Assembly (NCBI GenBank): GCA_963716395.1
Contig: OY970309.1
Coordinates: 1,824,001-1,888,000 of the forward strand
Direction: 5' to 3'
Source: an uncultured Fibrobacteria bacterium
GTDB taxonomy: Bacteria > Fibrobacterota > Fibrobacteria > UBA11236
DNA length: 64,000 bases
The notes below the pieces were generated by a model that saw nothing but the letters and a program-made list of their open reading frames with translations, made no database searches and was not told the DNA's origin. A program made the position numbers and the translations under genes. Every line of letters begins with the position of its first letter. The first letter of the stretch is position 1. This document shows, one piece after another, positions 36,993 to 46,931 of this stretch.

Positions 36993-37680
36993 TAAATACT
37001 AGTGGGTTGACTTATGTGGATCAAATTCCAGGTGCCTTTTTGTTTTTCCGCAGTCAAGACTTTTCAGTTGGGCCGATTTTAAACGAGGCTTATTTTATTT
37101 GGATGGAAGACGTGGATTTTTGCTACCGCATTCATCAAAGTGGCCAAAAAGTGGCTGTTTTGGCCGATGAAAGGGTGCTTCATGTCGGTGGCGCCAGTTT
37201 TAAAATGAGGAGCGAAGCGTGGAAAAGATTAGTATTCATGCGAAGTTATTTAATGTATTCAGAACTCAATTATGGCATCTTAGAATACTTCTTTCAAATT
37301 ACATTAATGCTTTTAAATTCTTTGGCAATAATTTTGATTTCACCAATCATTACAATAAAAAAGGGGCTTAAATATGCAGTTAATAGAATAAAGATTGAAG
37401 TCAAAACCATAAAATTAATTTCTGCTTCCGCTGCTTGTCGTTTTTTTAGAAAACCGAATCGAAACGTAAACGAGAACAAGCTGTCAAGACGGTTTGAAAA
37501 ATGATTTTAATGTATTAAAACTGAACCCCAAATCGCACGTATTCTGTATCTAATAAAGATCGAGCTTCCGAATAGATTTGTCGTTTTTAAAAGGACGCCT
37601 AATCCATGTTCTTCTTTAAAGCTGAAAAAAATCGCCTTTATTCTCGGTGACGTAGGTTTTGTTTCGCAAAAAGAGGCCCC

Positions 37681-38523
37681 TTATTTCACTTTCCAATAAA
37701 CGGCACTACCATCGATTTCCTGGATATCCGTATCAATGTGATTGTTTCCGATAAAATCCGTAACCGCTTGTTTACAAGATTTCCAAGAATGATAATCATC
37801 AACAATTACGTAGCCGCCTGGAGTAACTTTGTGGTAAAGGTTTTTCAAGGAATCCATAGTCGAACTATATAAATCTCCATCAAGCCTAAGAAGCGCCAAG
37901 TGCTTGATTGGGGCGACTGGTAAAGTTTCAGAAAACCATCCTTTTAAGAACCTAACATTTTCATCAAGTAGACCAAACCTTGCAAAATTATTTTTTACTT
38001 GTTCCAAAGAAACTCGTAAATAATCGATGTGATGAAAGTCGTCTCCATCAGTTGAAGTGAGAGGGATTGGCATTCCATCAAATGAGTCTGCGGCCCACAC
38101 GGTCCGGTCCGTTATATTGCGAAGCTTAAGCAGTGATCTCATGAATATTGTGGTGCCACCGCGCCAAACACCAGTTTCGACAAAGTCGCCACGAATATTA
38201 TTTGAAAGAATATCCTCAATACACGTTTGTAAAGCATCTAGGCGTTTTTGTCCCGTCATCGTGTAACCAATTAACGGCCAATCCTTTCCGTTTTCGCGAC
38301 TGTTCTGGTCGAATGGTTTAGTTTTAACCAGGACAATAGATTCTTTGCGGAATAAATTTACCAATAATTTATATAGGAGTTTTTTTATTAGTGTAAATGG
38401 TTGGCGAAAGGATCCCGTGAAATGACCTTCGATGATATACCATGAGCTTTCTTCGTAAATGGATCCTGTAAGAATTTTCTTTAACAAATCCAAATATTGT
38501 CCTTCCAGATTATCCGATTCCAT
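37681..38523 (-). CDS. TylF/MycF/NovP-family sugar O-methyltransferase
   Basis: TMTGQKRLD, GDFVETGVWRGG, DSFDGMP, KGWFSETLP, LLRLDGDLYSST, IVDDY. Confidence 0.93.
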   Translation of the reverse strand: MESDNLEGQYLDLLKKILTGSIYEESSWYIIEGHFTGSFRQPFTLIKKLLYKLLVNLFRKESIVLVKTKPFDQNSRENGKDWPLIGYTMTGQKRLDALQTCIEDILSNNIRGDFVETGVWRGGTTIFMRSLLKLRNITDRTVWAADSFDGMPIPLTSTDGDDFHHIDYLRVSLEQVKNNFARFGLLDENVRFLKGWFSETLPVAPIKHLALLRLDGDLYSSTMDSLKNLYHKVTPGGYVIVDDYHSWKSCKQAVTDFIGNNHIDTDIQEIDGSAVYWKVK

Positions 38524-38622
38524 TATTGGTTCCCCAAATAGAGTTACATATAAAGTGATCTTTTAAATATAGAAGCATATTATAAAAATGTTGGCTTTCT
38601 CATTTAAAAGATTTGCTTGAAA

Positions 38623-39912
38623 TCAAATTGTAGAAATTGAGGGGAAGGCCGTTAATTTAGATCTTAAAAAATTATATAAAACGGAGGCTACCGTTGCCAA
38701 AAGATCAGGTAAGCAAGCCAACCATGCCACTGATTCTGGAGGGGCGTTTTTCCCACATACCCAAGATAAAAATAACACGGGCATACAACTGAATACGATA
38801 ATGGTAAGGTAAGCACGATATTGGCCAAAAAGCAGCATTCTTCGTACATAAGGAACTCTAATGCAAGAGAAAATAACCCCGAGCATTAGGGTAGAGAAAA
38901 TACGCAGAGAAAATGAAAACAATTTTAAATCCACTTTAGATACATGGAAATAAAACCACAGCACGGGTATTCCCAGAATCCAAAACCCAATTGCTCCAAT
39001 CAAAGATAAAAACAGAGTTCGGGCAAATGATGGTGGGCGATTTGTTGAGGCGTGTTGGGGAATGGTATACAGAAGAAGCGATACTACGAGGAGTAGCAAT
39101 CCCATAATTAAGCGATACGATATGCTAAAAGCCCCCAAATGGGGGCCGTCGGAATGAGTTAAAGCGTACCAAGGCAAGGCATATGCCAGGAAATACGGAT
39201 TGAATAAAAGCGTTGCAGCTAAGGGTAAAAGGCGGAGAAACAAGTTCTTTATTCCATGAAAAGTAACCAGTGGTAATGCCGATATGAAAAGCGAAATCCG
39301 GTATTTGCCCACGAAAATTAGCAAGCATAAAGATCCGGCAATACCAGAAATTACAGTTATAGCGGGTACAAAAAGTGAGCTTTTATAATCGGAAAGATAC
39401 CAAAATGTGGTAAGCAAAATTTGCAGGCTGGTTGCCGCAGTGCGAGTTAAAAAGAATTGGTAATAACGTCTTGTAGCGACAAAATACCATTCTATATTTG
39501 TCGCCGGAAGAAAAATGCTTGTCATTGATATCGCTAGTAATGGATATAAATCGTCTTTTCTGGGATAGTGAATCATTGCAACCGAGAGTACCAAAAAAAA
39601 TAAGATTATAAGGATCGCTTTCAGGGCGAAAGCATTTCCGAGGTCTAAATGTCTCTGTGGTGATTTTTGTGAGAACGACACTAAAAGGTGTGTATAGATT
39701 GAGAAGTCCGAATACCCATATACAATATTATAAAAATAGGCTGACAAGGTTAGAACCGAGTACTCTCCCAACCCAACTTTACCCAAAATGAATGGACCCA
39801 AAGCAAGGGTGACAAAAGATGGAAGCGTGCTTGCGAGAAGGAACCAAATGGCTCCGCTATCCAACCCTCTCCTTAGAAAATCCTTAACCCTAGTTATAGA
39901 TAATTTCGGCAA
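38623..39912 (-). CDS. wzx: Wzx-type oligosaccharide flippase
   Basis: About 12 TM helices, KVGLGEY near the N-terminus, LGAFSISYRL in the second half; TTG start. Confidence 0.75.
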   Translation of the reverse strand: MPKLSITRVKDFLRRGLDSGAIWFLLASTLPSFVTLALGPFILGKVGLGEYSVLTLSAYFYNIVYGYSDFSIYTHLLVSFSQKSPQRHLDLGNAFALKAILIILFFLVLSVAMIHYPRKDDLYPLLAISMTSIFLPATNIEWYFVATRRYYQFFLTRTAATSLQILLTTFWYLSDYKSSLFVPAITVISGIAGSLCLLIFVGKYRISLFISALPLVTFHGIKNLFLRLLPLAATLLFNPYFLAYALPWYALTHSDGPHLGAFSISYRLIMGLLLLVVSLLLYTIPQHASTNRPPSFARTLFLSLIGAIGFWILGIPVLWFYFHVSKVDLKLFSFSLRIFSTLMLGVIFSCIRVPYVRRMLLFGQYRAYLTIIVFSCMPVLFLSWVCGKNAPPESVAWLACLPDLLATVASVLYNFLRSKLTAFPSISTI

Positions 39913-40047
39913 AGCGTCTCATTTCTCGAACAGGCGTTCAGTAGTAATTCCGAAAAAATAGATTTTCTAACTTTTTTTCCAATGAGAATGGTATTTTCAA
40001 ACAGAAAGTTCCACCAATAACCGTTTTGCACCAAAAGGGGATGGCCT

Positions 40048-41037
40048 ATTCCGTTTTTAAGTGTCCTCATTGTTAACTACAATGGCCTTGCTCATTTGGA
40101 AGAATGCTTTTCTTCCATCTACACTCAGGATTTTAAAGATTTTGAGGTGGTGATGGTGGATAATGCTTCCACTGACGGCTCCCTCGAGTTCGTTCGCAAA
40201 AATTTTCCATCGGTAAACTGTATTCAATCAAAGACCAACATGGGATTTGCCGGCGGCAATAATCTAGGGTTACTATACTGCAAAGGCGCCTTTATTTTTT
40301 TCCTAAATAATGATACTCGCTTGGAGGCAGGGGCGCTTGGGATCCTCGCGAACTCCATCCTAAAATTTGAACGGCATCGGGTTTTTTCTTGCTTAATGCT
40401 CAATTATTCAAATCCCGAACTTGTGGATGCCGCTGGCGACAATTTTTATTGGGGGGGATTTATCTCCACCTTTTCGCGGTATCCTGCGATGAAATTTAAG
40501 TCCCCTCGAGAAGTCACGGCCGCTTGTGCAGGGGCGGCTGTGTATTCCAAAGAATTGTTGGTTCAGCTCGGCGGATTTGATGAGGATTTTTTTCTTCTTT
40601 TCGAAGACGTCGATCTGTCCCTGAGGGCCCGCCATCACGGAGAGTCAATACTGTTTTTGCCAGATGTGCATGTATTTCACAAAGGGTCTGCGACAATTGG
40701 AGGAACACGTACTTCCATTTACATTTATTTCGGGAATCGCAATTTCTTACCATTGTATATTAAGAATTTCCCCTTCGTAACTTTACTGAAATGTTTACCC
40801 GGCATTTTGTTAATGCTGGGTATTCGGGTCTTTAATACAATAAAGTCGGGGCACCTGAGAATACTAGTTCGGTCCTTTAGGGACAGTATACTGATGATTC
40901 CAGGGACATTGAAAAAAAGAAAGGTTGTTCAAAGAGAATCCAAGTTGTCACGAAAAGAATTTGAAAAAAGTCTCAGGCATGGTTGGTTTCAAGAACGGCT
41001 AGCGTTTAAACGCGGTTATTTTAAAACATATTTTTAG
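40048..41037 (+). CDS. GT2 glycosyltransferase (probable ATT start)
   Basis: PFLSVLIVNYNG, VDNASTDGS, GFAGGNN, FLNND, GGFDEDFFLLFEDVDLSLR, HKGSAT. No in-frame ATG/GTG/TTG lies before the conserved first strand. Confidence 0.85.
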   Translation: MPFLSVLIVNYNGLAHLEECFSSIYTQDFKDFEVVMVDNASTDGSLEFVRKNFPSVNCIQSKTNMGFAGGNNLGLLYCKGAFIFFLNNDTRLEAGALGILANSILKFERHRVFSCLMLNYSNPELVDAAGDNFYWGGFISTFSRYPAMKFKSPREVTAACAGAAVYSKELLVQLGGFDEDFFLLFEDVDLSLRARHHGESILFLPDVHVFHKGSATIGGTRTSIYIYFGNRNFLPLYIKNFPFVTLLKCLPGILLMLGIRVFNTIKSGHLRILVRSFRDSILMIPGTLKKRKVVQRESKLSRKEFEKSLRHGWFQERLAFKRGYFKTYF

Positions 41038-41121
41038 TCACCTGTCTTTACAATTTGCTTACGTCCTTCCTCAACTGGCAAATTCGCTGAGGACCAGTTT
41101 TTAGTTGTCATTAATATTTGT

Positions 41122-41982
41122 CTACGCCCAGGCATGGACAAATGCTCGATACCTTCTCACTGGGATTCTAAAACGCCCTCCCCGAAAATCCCTGAAACAT
41201 GAACCGATAAATGACCGGAACGATTTATATATACCCTTACTTTTTCCCAAAAATGATTGCTCCGCAAAAAGTGTGACCTTGCGGAATCCGACTGCTTTAC
41301 ACATACTCTCAAGCGCTTTTGCGTTAGGGGCCCACCAGTTCGACGGATCATTATTCAATTCTTTACCAGGAAAGAATTCACACAGAGCTGTTTTACTAAA
41401 GCCCGGGATTTCCATGGCCTCGGTTTCAATTACAACCAGTCCGTTCGGGGAAACAAGGGTAAATAGTTTTTTAATAGCCTCAAAGGGATTTTCTAGGTGA
41501 TAGAGCACGCCTAAAAAAAGTACGACGTCAAATTTTCCCAGTTGGGTTAAATCCATACTCATGAAATCACCGACAAATGGTTCGACCTTGCTGCTCATAA
41601 TATTGCGAGCCAAATCAAATGGCTTCTTCCCCGGCAAGCTATCAGGATACCAATGCGCGGACTTGTGAGGTGGAGGTAAATCTCCCCCTGTACGCTTTGA
41701 TTCGCGCCAATCCTTGGTATAAGACGCCATATCCGTAGACCACACATAATGATCAAGTGCAACAACCCTTTTTGCACCAAGTCTTTCAGCGGCAAAGGAA
41801 AAAAATCCATCGTAAGCGCCGACATCTAATACGGATTTACCGCGGAGATCCGGCAATTTTAACTTTTGTAATTCCATTTCCAAAATATTCAATGATTTTC
41901 GCCCCGGCGTAACAAAATTTTCTGATAATCGAATGGAATGAAACCATTCGAGGGATAAAATTTCTTCAGTATTGAATTGCAT
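41122..41982 (-). CDS. class I SAM-dependent methyltransferase (DUF1698/CmoB-like)
   Basis: WFHSIRL..TPG, VLDVGAYDGFFSF, FDVVLFLGVLYHLENP, NWWAPN. Confidence 0.85.
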   Translation of the reverse strand: MQFNTEEILSLEWFHSIRLSENFVTPGRKSLNILEMELQKLKLPDLRGKSVLDVGAYDGFFSFAAERLGAKRVVALDHYVWSTDMASYTKDWRESKRTGGDLPPPHKSAHWYPDSLPGKKPFDLARNIMSSKVEPFVGDFMSMDLTQLGKFDVVLFLGVLYHLENPFEAIKKLFTLVSPNGLVVIETEAMEIPGFSKTALCEFFPGKELNNDPSNWWAPNAKALESMCKAVGFRKVTLFAEQSFLGKSKGIYKSFRSFIGSCFRDFRGGRFRIPVRRYRAFVHAWA

Positions 41983-42010
41983 TCGGACGCACCTCTGATT
42001 CACAAGTTGT

Positions 42011-42940
42011 TTAAGTCAATATGTTTTCAAATTTCATAGTTGATGCAGGCGACGCGCCGTGCCCGTTTTCGAAGTGTCTTTTCCCCAATCTTCCCAACAA
42101 TCCATCCCAAGCACCGAAAACGGCTTGGCAAAAAAGTTGGGGCCGCCGAATAATTTTATAGAATGGCAGCATTATCAGAAAAAAAATGTAGAAGAATCGT
42201 TGCTTGGCATTTGCTCTACGCAGAATGATATAGGTTTGGTTTCGGATTCGATAATATTCCTTGGGTGTGTCTGATACCTTTACGGACGCGCTGAATTTAT
42301 GGCGGACGATTAGAGATGGACAATAACGGATATGGCCCCCGTCTTTCTTAAGCCGGAAACAAAAATCCGCGTCTTCCCAATACATAAATAGGTTCGCGTC
42401 GAAAAAACCGAGCCGGACAAATACCTCGCTGGGTACAACCATAAGGCATCCGGAAACGAAATTTATTTCCCCTTGGAAATCAGGATCGAAGATGTGCCGA
42501 ATCTGGCCGGTTAACGGAGAAATGGTTCCAATGTTGAAGGTGGGTTTTCCGGTTGCGAAATCCACAACCCGGCCGGCCAGCACTTCTCCGGGACGTTCTT
42601 TGACAAGCGTCCGAGCCTCCCGCGTAAAATTCTCGGCAACTACGCAGTCATTGTTGAGGATTAGGATATGGGAAATATTTTCGTTCACGGCGGCCCGTAT
42701 CCCCAGATTCACCGCACCGGCGAAACCTATGTTCCCCCCCGCGTCCATGTAAGCGGCATCCATTCCTGACTCGCGCAAATACCCGATAAGAAGCTCGGCC
42801 GATTCGTCAAGGGAAAAATTGTTTACAAGGAATATCTTGAATGATTCTAGACCTGCAGTCCGGAGAGATTGGAGGCATTCCAAAGTATCATATGGGTTAC
42901 GATAGTTCACGAGTATACATGCGACTTCGACCATTTGCAT
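42011..42940 (-). CDS. GT2 glycosyltransferase
   Basis: ILVNYRN, NIGFAGAVNLG, ILNNDC, SGCLMVV, FMYWEDADFCFR. Confidence 0.9.
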   Translation of the reverse strand: MQMVEVACILVNYRNPYDTLECLQSLRTAGLESFKIFLVNNFSLDESAELLIGYLRESGMDAAYMDAGGNIGFAGAVNLGIRAAVNENISHILILNNDCVVAENFTREARTLVKERPGEVLAGRVVDFATGKPTFNIGTISPLTGQIRHIFDPDFQGEINFVSGCLMVVPSEVFVRLGFFDANLFMYWEDADFCFRLKKDGGHIRYCPSLIVRHKFSASVKVSDTPKEYYRIRNQTYIILRRANAKQRFFYIFFLIMLPFYKIIRRPQLFCQAVFGAWDGLLGRLGKRHFENGHGASPASTMKFENILT

Positions 42941-43137
42941 CAATCCCTATCCGGCGGATAGAAATGAGCATTCGGATGTAAGCGAACGCAAGAAAGAGGG
43001 TTTATTCGTCGCACAAGATGGGAAATGGAAAACAGTATAACTTACCACCAAGGAAAAATACAAAGTCCGGCCAACAATGGCGAATGGATGATTCTATTTC
43101 AATGAAAAGAAATGGGTTCGTTTTTATAATTAGTTCA

Positions 43138-44244
43138 ATGTTCAGAAAAAAAGAGAAGCCCATCTCAATTTGCTTGAACGCCTTAATGCTTCAAGACCAT
43201 CTCGGCGGAATCGGAACCTATGCCTATCAGTTGGCCTTAAATCTGACCAAGACGCATCCCGAGTGGAAAATTTCTCTTCTCGTCCATACCGGAGCCTCGG
43301 AATTGTTCCGCGATATTCCAGGATTGGATATTATTGAAATTGGAATTACTTCGCGGGTTGGACGGCTGCTTTTCCTCCATTTTATTTTTCCATTTCGTGC
43401 CACGCGTTTTTCCGTTTTCCATTCCGTCGGGAACATGGGACTCGATTTCAGTAATGCCAGGCAAGTCATTACCATCCATGATGCCTACGAGCATACTTCA
43501 CCCGAAAGGTTCGGACGCTTCAAAAGAACTTTGATGAAATGGCTTATTTCCCGGTCCGGTCGAAAAGCCAAGGCTATCATTACGGACTCTCAGAATTCCG
43601 CCAGGGATATAAAAAAATATTATCCTGAATTAGCCGGCAAAGTTTCCGTGGTTTACCTGGGAAACAAATTTCCCGTTGAAAATTGTGTTGAGGAAAAAAC
43701 CAGAGAAGGATTTATTTTCGTCGGTACCATAGAGCCGGGTAAAAACCTTGCCTTGGTGCTTGAGGCGTTTGCGTCCTACTTGCGAAGTCATACCGGGCGG
43801 CTCACCGTAATTGGAGCGATGGGATGGAAACAATCGACGCTCCCCGACAGGATACGAGCACTTGGAATTGCCGATCATGTGGAATTTCTCGGCTACATCA
43901 GCGATGACCAACTCAAAGATTTGTATTCGCGATCCCTTGCCTTAATTCAACCCTCAAATTACGAGGGTTTTGGCTTGCCGGTAATTGAAGCCATGGCTTG
44001 CGGCTGCCCGGTAATTGCTGCCAGGAATTCGGGACTGATCGAAGCCGGGGGTGAAAGCGCCATTTTTTTTGAAACCAATGACAAAGTAGGGCTTTTGGCA
44101 GGAATGATGGCTGTTAAAGAGGATTTGGCTTTGCGGGAGCGCTGTTTACGATCAGGATTCATCCATGCGGCCGGTTTTAGCTGGGAGAAAACAGCCACAC
44201 AAACTGCCGCCATTTACGACAAAATTATCGGTATAATCACCTGA
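43138..44244 (+). CDS. GT4 (GT-B fold) glycosyltransferase
   Basis: GGIGTY, ITIHD, FVGTIEPGKNL, PSNYEGFGLPVIEAMACGCPVI, FSWEKTA. Confidence 0.93.
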   Translation: MFRKKEKPISICLNALMLQDHLGGIGTYAYQLALNLTKTHPEWKISLLVHTGASELFRDIPGLDIIEIGITSRVGRLLFLHFIFPFRATRFSVFHSVGNMGLDFSNARQVITIHDAYEHTSPERFGRFKRTLMKWLISRSGRKAKAIITDSQNSARDIKKYYPELAGKVSVVYLGNKFPVENCVEEKTREGFIFVGTIEPGKNLALVLEAFASYLRSHTGRLTVIGAMGWKQSTLPDRIRALGIADHVEFLGYISDDQLKDLYSRSLALIQPSNYEGFGLPVIEAMACGCPVIAARNSGLIEAGGESAIFFETNDKVGLLAGMMAVKEDLALRERCLRSGFIHAAGFSWEKTATQTAAIYDKIIGIIT

Positions 44245-44439
44245 GGTAAAACGGAATTTAACGCAAGGATTTCAGCATCGTGATCCGCTTCCGAGCAGGA
44301 TCAATACCCATTTTGGACAATTTTTCGCTTTTCGCGAATAATTCGTCTTGTTTCCTCGATCAAGGTACCTTACTTTTAACCCCCTGAAGATAAACTGCTT
44401 AGGTAGATTGACAAGAAGGCAAATTTGGAGGCCGGCAAG

Positions 44440-46050
44440 ATGAAGGTTTTGTTTCTAAACCCCCCATATTTCCCGATGTTTTCTCGGGAATCACGCAGCC
44501 CCTGCGTGACCAAATCCAGCACCTTGTACTGGCCCATGTTCATGTGTTATGCCGCCGGCTGCGTTGAGGCGGATGGAAATGAAATCATGGTGATCGATGC
44601 GCCGGCTATGGATTTGGACCTGGAAAAAACCCTGGAAAGGGTCAAAGGGTTCAAGCCCGAGTTGGCGGTTTTGAATACGTCAACCCCCTCGATTAACAAT
44701 GACATGCGAGTCGGACGGGTTCTTAAGGAGTCCCTGGGATGCTCCATTGCCATGATGGGTACACACGCAACCGCGGAACCTGTTGAAATATTGGAACGTG
44801 AAGAGGCCATAGATTTCGTTATTTCCGGCGAAGCCGATTATACCGCCCGAGAACTCGTGCGGCATTTACGGGGCGATGGGCCGAATGAGTCCCAGGAAAT
44901 TCAAGGAATTTCCTGGCGGAATGGCCCCGAGCTGGTAAAGAACTCCGAACGCCATAAAATCGACGATCTCGATTCCCTTCCTTGGGTCAGCAAGGTTTAT
45001 CACAAACATCTTTTCTCCTGCTATAAACGATATTTTTATGGGGCCAACATTAACCCTCTCATCGTGATTCTGTCCGGAAGAGGTTGCCCTTTTCGCTGTA
45101 CATATTGTGTGATTCCGCAAACCATGACTGGCCACACTTACCGCAAGCGCAGTATCAAAGACGTGGTGGACGAAATGGCCTTTATCAAGGAATCGTTTCC
45201 GGATTTGGGCGAAATCTTTTTTGAAGACGATACTTTTACCGCGCACCCCACTCGGACGATGGATTTGTGCAAGGAGGTTATCGCTCGGGGGCTGAAGGTA
45301 ACCTGGTCGGCGAATGCCCGCGCGGACGTGAAGTTTGAAGTCCTGGACCTGATGAAAAAGGCGGGGTGTCGTGAGCTATGCGTGGGATTCGAGTCCAGTT
45401 CGGGCGACGTTCTGAAGAACGTGAAAAAAGGGTTGGCCCTGGGAATGGCGGAAAAGTTCATGGGCGCATCGAACAAGGCGGGAATTCTCATCCACGGCTG
45501 TTTCATGGTCGGTAACTTGGGTGATACGAAGGAAACTTTGCAGAATACCCTTGAATTCGCAAAGAAGTTGAATCCGAATACCGCACAATTTTATCCCATC
45601 ATGGCTTATCCGGGAACCACCGCCTATGACGAAGCCAAAGGCCGGGGGGAATTGGCCAGCACCGATTATGACCACTGGCTGGATAAAGACGGCCAGCACA
45701 ATACCACGGTGATTCGCAAGGGATTGACTTCTCAGGATTTGGTTGATTTTTGCGACCGCGCGCGCCGGGAATTTTATTTGCGGTCCGGATACATTTTTAC
45801 CCAAGCGAAGATGGCTTTAACCAATAGCCGGGAACGTTATCGCATTTTTCGGGGAGCCGGCACGCTTTTCAAACATTTATTCAAAAAACATGGGGGGGCG
45901 CAGCAAGCCAGCGGCTATGCCGCTTCCGTCGGATCCTTGAAACCGATGCTTGCGCCGAAGCCCTTATCCTCCCATGCCCCCAATGAATCGATCGATCGTC
46001 ATGCTGCCGTCGAAAAAGAAAAATCCTTTTCCGGCGCTGTAAAAGTTTAA
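44440..46050 (+). CDS. cobalamin-binding radical SAM protein (HpnJ/BchE-like)
   Basis: N-terminal B12-binding-type domain (VLFLNPP, MGTHAT, GEADY), GRGCPFRCTYC cluster motif, FFEDDTFT, VGFES, HGCFMVG, YPGT. Confidence 0.9.
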   Translation: MKVLFLNPPYFPMFSRESRSPCVTKSSTLYWPMFMCYAAGCVEADGNEIMVIDAPAMDLDLEKTLERVKGFKPELAVLNTSTPSINNDMRVGRVLKESLGCSIAMMGTHATAEPVEILEREEAIDFVISGEADYTARELVRHLRGDGPNESQEIQGISWRNGPELVKNSERHKIDDLDSLPWVSKVYHKHLFSCYKRYFYGANINPLIVILSGRGCPFRCTYCVIPQTMTGHTYRKRSIKDVVDEMAFIKESFPDLGEIFFEDDTFTAHPTRTMDLCKEVIARGLKVTWSANARADVKFEVLDLMKKAGCRELCVGFESSSGDVLKNVKKGLALGMAEKFMGASNKAGILIHGCFMVGNLGDTKETLQNTLEFAKKLNPNTAQFYPIMAYPGTTAYDEAKGRGELASTDYDHWLDKDGQHNTTVIRKGLTSQDLVDFCDRARREFYLRSGYIFTQAKMALTNSRERYRIFRGAGTLFKHLFKKHGGAQQASGYAASVGSLKPMLAPKPLSSHAPNESIDRHAAVEKEKSFSGAVKV

Positions 46051-46131
46051 ACTCTCGGGATTGGGCCAACTTCCGATCGGTTGTTTCCGTCTGGAAAAGA
46101 CTATAACTGATTGGAGGTTTCTGGTTGCTTG

Positions 46132-46890
46132 ATGGAAGCCGGCGCCGCTGAAATTATTCTGAAATCTTATGGCCTCGTTCCCATGACCTGGGAACAGGTT
46201 TTGTCCGAAACTCGCGAAAAACTAGCGCCAAGTGCTTGGCGGGAATTCCAAAAAAGGCAGGACATTTTCGTTCGCTATGGAAGCGAAGAAAATCTGGCGC
46301 GCTATTACGGTTTTGTTTATAAGCATGGTTTGCAAGGCTTGTTGGCTTGTTATCGATTCCATCGCATCCGATCCATCCTGTGCGATCTTGCCGCGAACCT
46401 GAAACCCGAACTACGGATACTGGATGTGGGCGCCGGGGCGGGTTATTTGGCGAGCATCATCACGGATCGATTTCATCCCCGTTCCTACGTGGTTCAAGAT
46501 ATTGTCCCGGAAATTAGAGATTACTTGGCGCGGAAAAAATTTGCCGTGCTTCCGCATCCGCCCCCCAAGAATCCGCCGGGTCAATTCGATTTAATCCTTT
46601 GCGTGGATAGCTTGGGAGAGTTGAATTCGGATGACAATGATGACCTCGAAGTTGCATTGGACTCCCAATCAAGGCGGGTGCCTGAATTGCTTGAAGATCA
46701 TTATGGTTTTGCCCACAAACTTGAAACCTGGAAGGCCTATCTTGCCCCCGATGGAAAAATTTTGATCTGGGAACCATTTTCCCGTCAAGCGGTTTGGAAT
46801 GCGTTGGCGCCTTTACTCCAAACGAAAGGATGGAAGGCGACGCCTTGCGGTTCGGATTCCGAAGTCCGGTACCTTAAGTTGGTTCAATAA
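46132..46890 (+). CDS. class I SAM-dependent methyltransferase
   Basis: ILDVGAGAGYL motif I, FDLILCVD, LAPDGKILIWE. Confidence 0.78.
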   Translation: MEAGAAEIILKSYGLVPMTWEQVLSETREKLAPSAWREFQKRQDIFVRYGSEENLARYYGFVYKHGLQGLLACYRFHRIRSILCDLAANLKPELRILDVGAGAGYLASIITDRFHPRSYVVQDIVPEIRDYLARKKFAVLPHPPPKNPPGQFDLILCVDSLGELNSDDNDDLEVALDSQSRRVPELLEDHYGFAHKLETWKAYLAPDGKILIWEPFSRQAVWNALAPLLQTKGWKATPCGSDSEVRYLKLVQ

Positions 46891-46931
46891 TTGGAATGCG
46901 CGAGTTCTCTAACCCGACGATTTTGCAGTGC

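Larger units (their letters stand above)
35390..37504 (+). pseudogene. GT2 glycosyltransferase interrupted by IS630
   Basis: 5' part MSFVSIVIVTWNS..VDNGSKD..GFSKAVN..LNPD (35390-35884) and 3' part GAFLFF..FIWMEDVDFCYR..HVGGAS (36995-37504) join in frame to 334 aa when the IS and one TA are removed. Confidence 0.88.
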
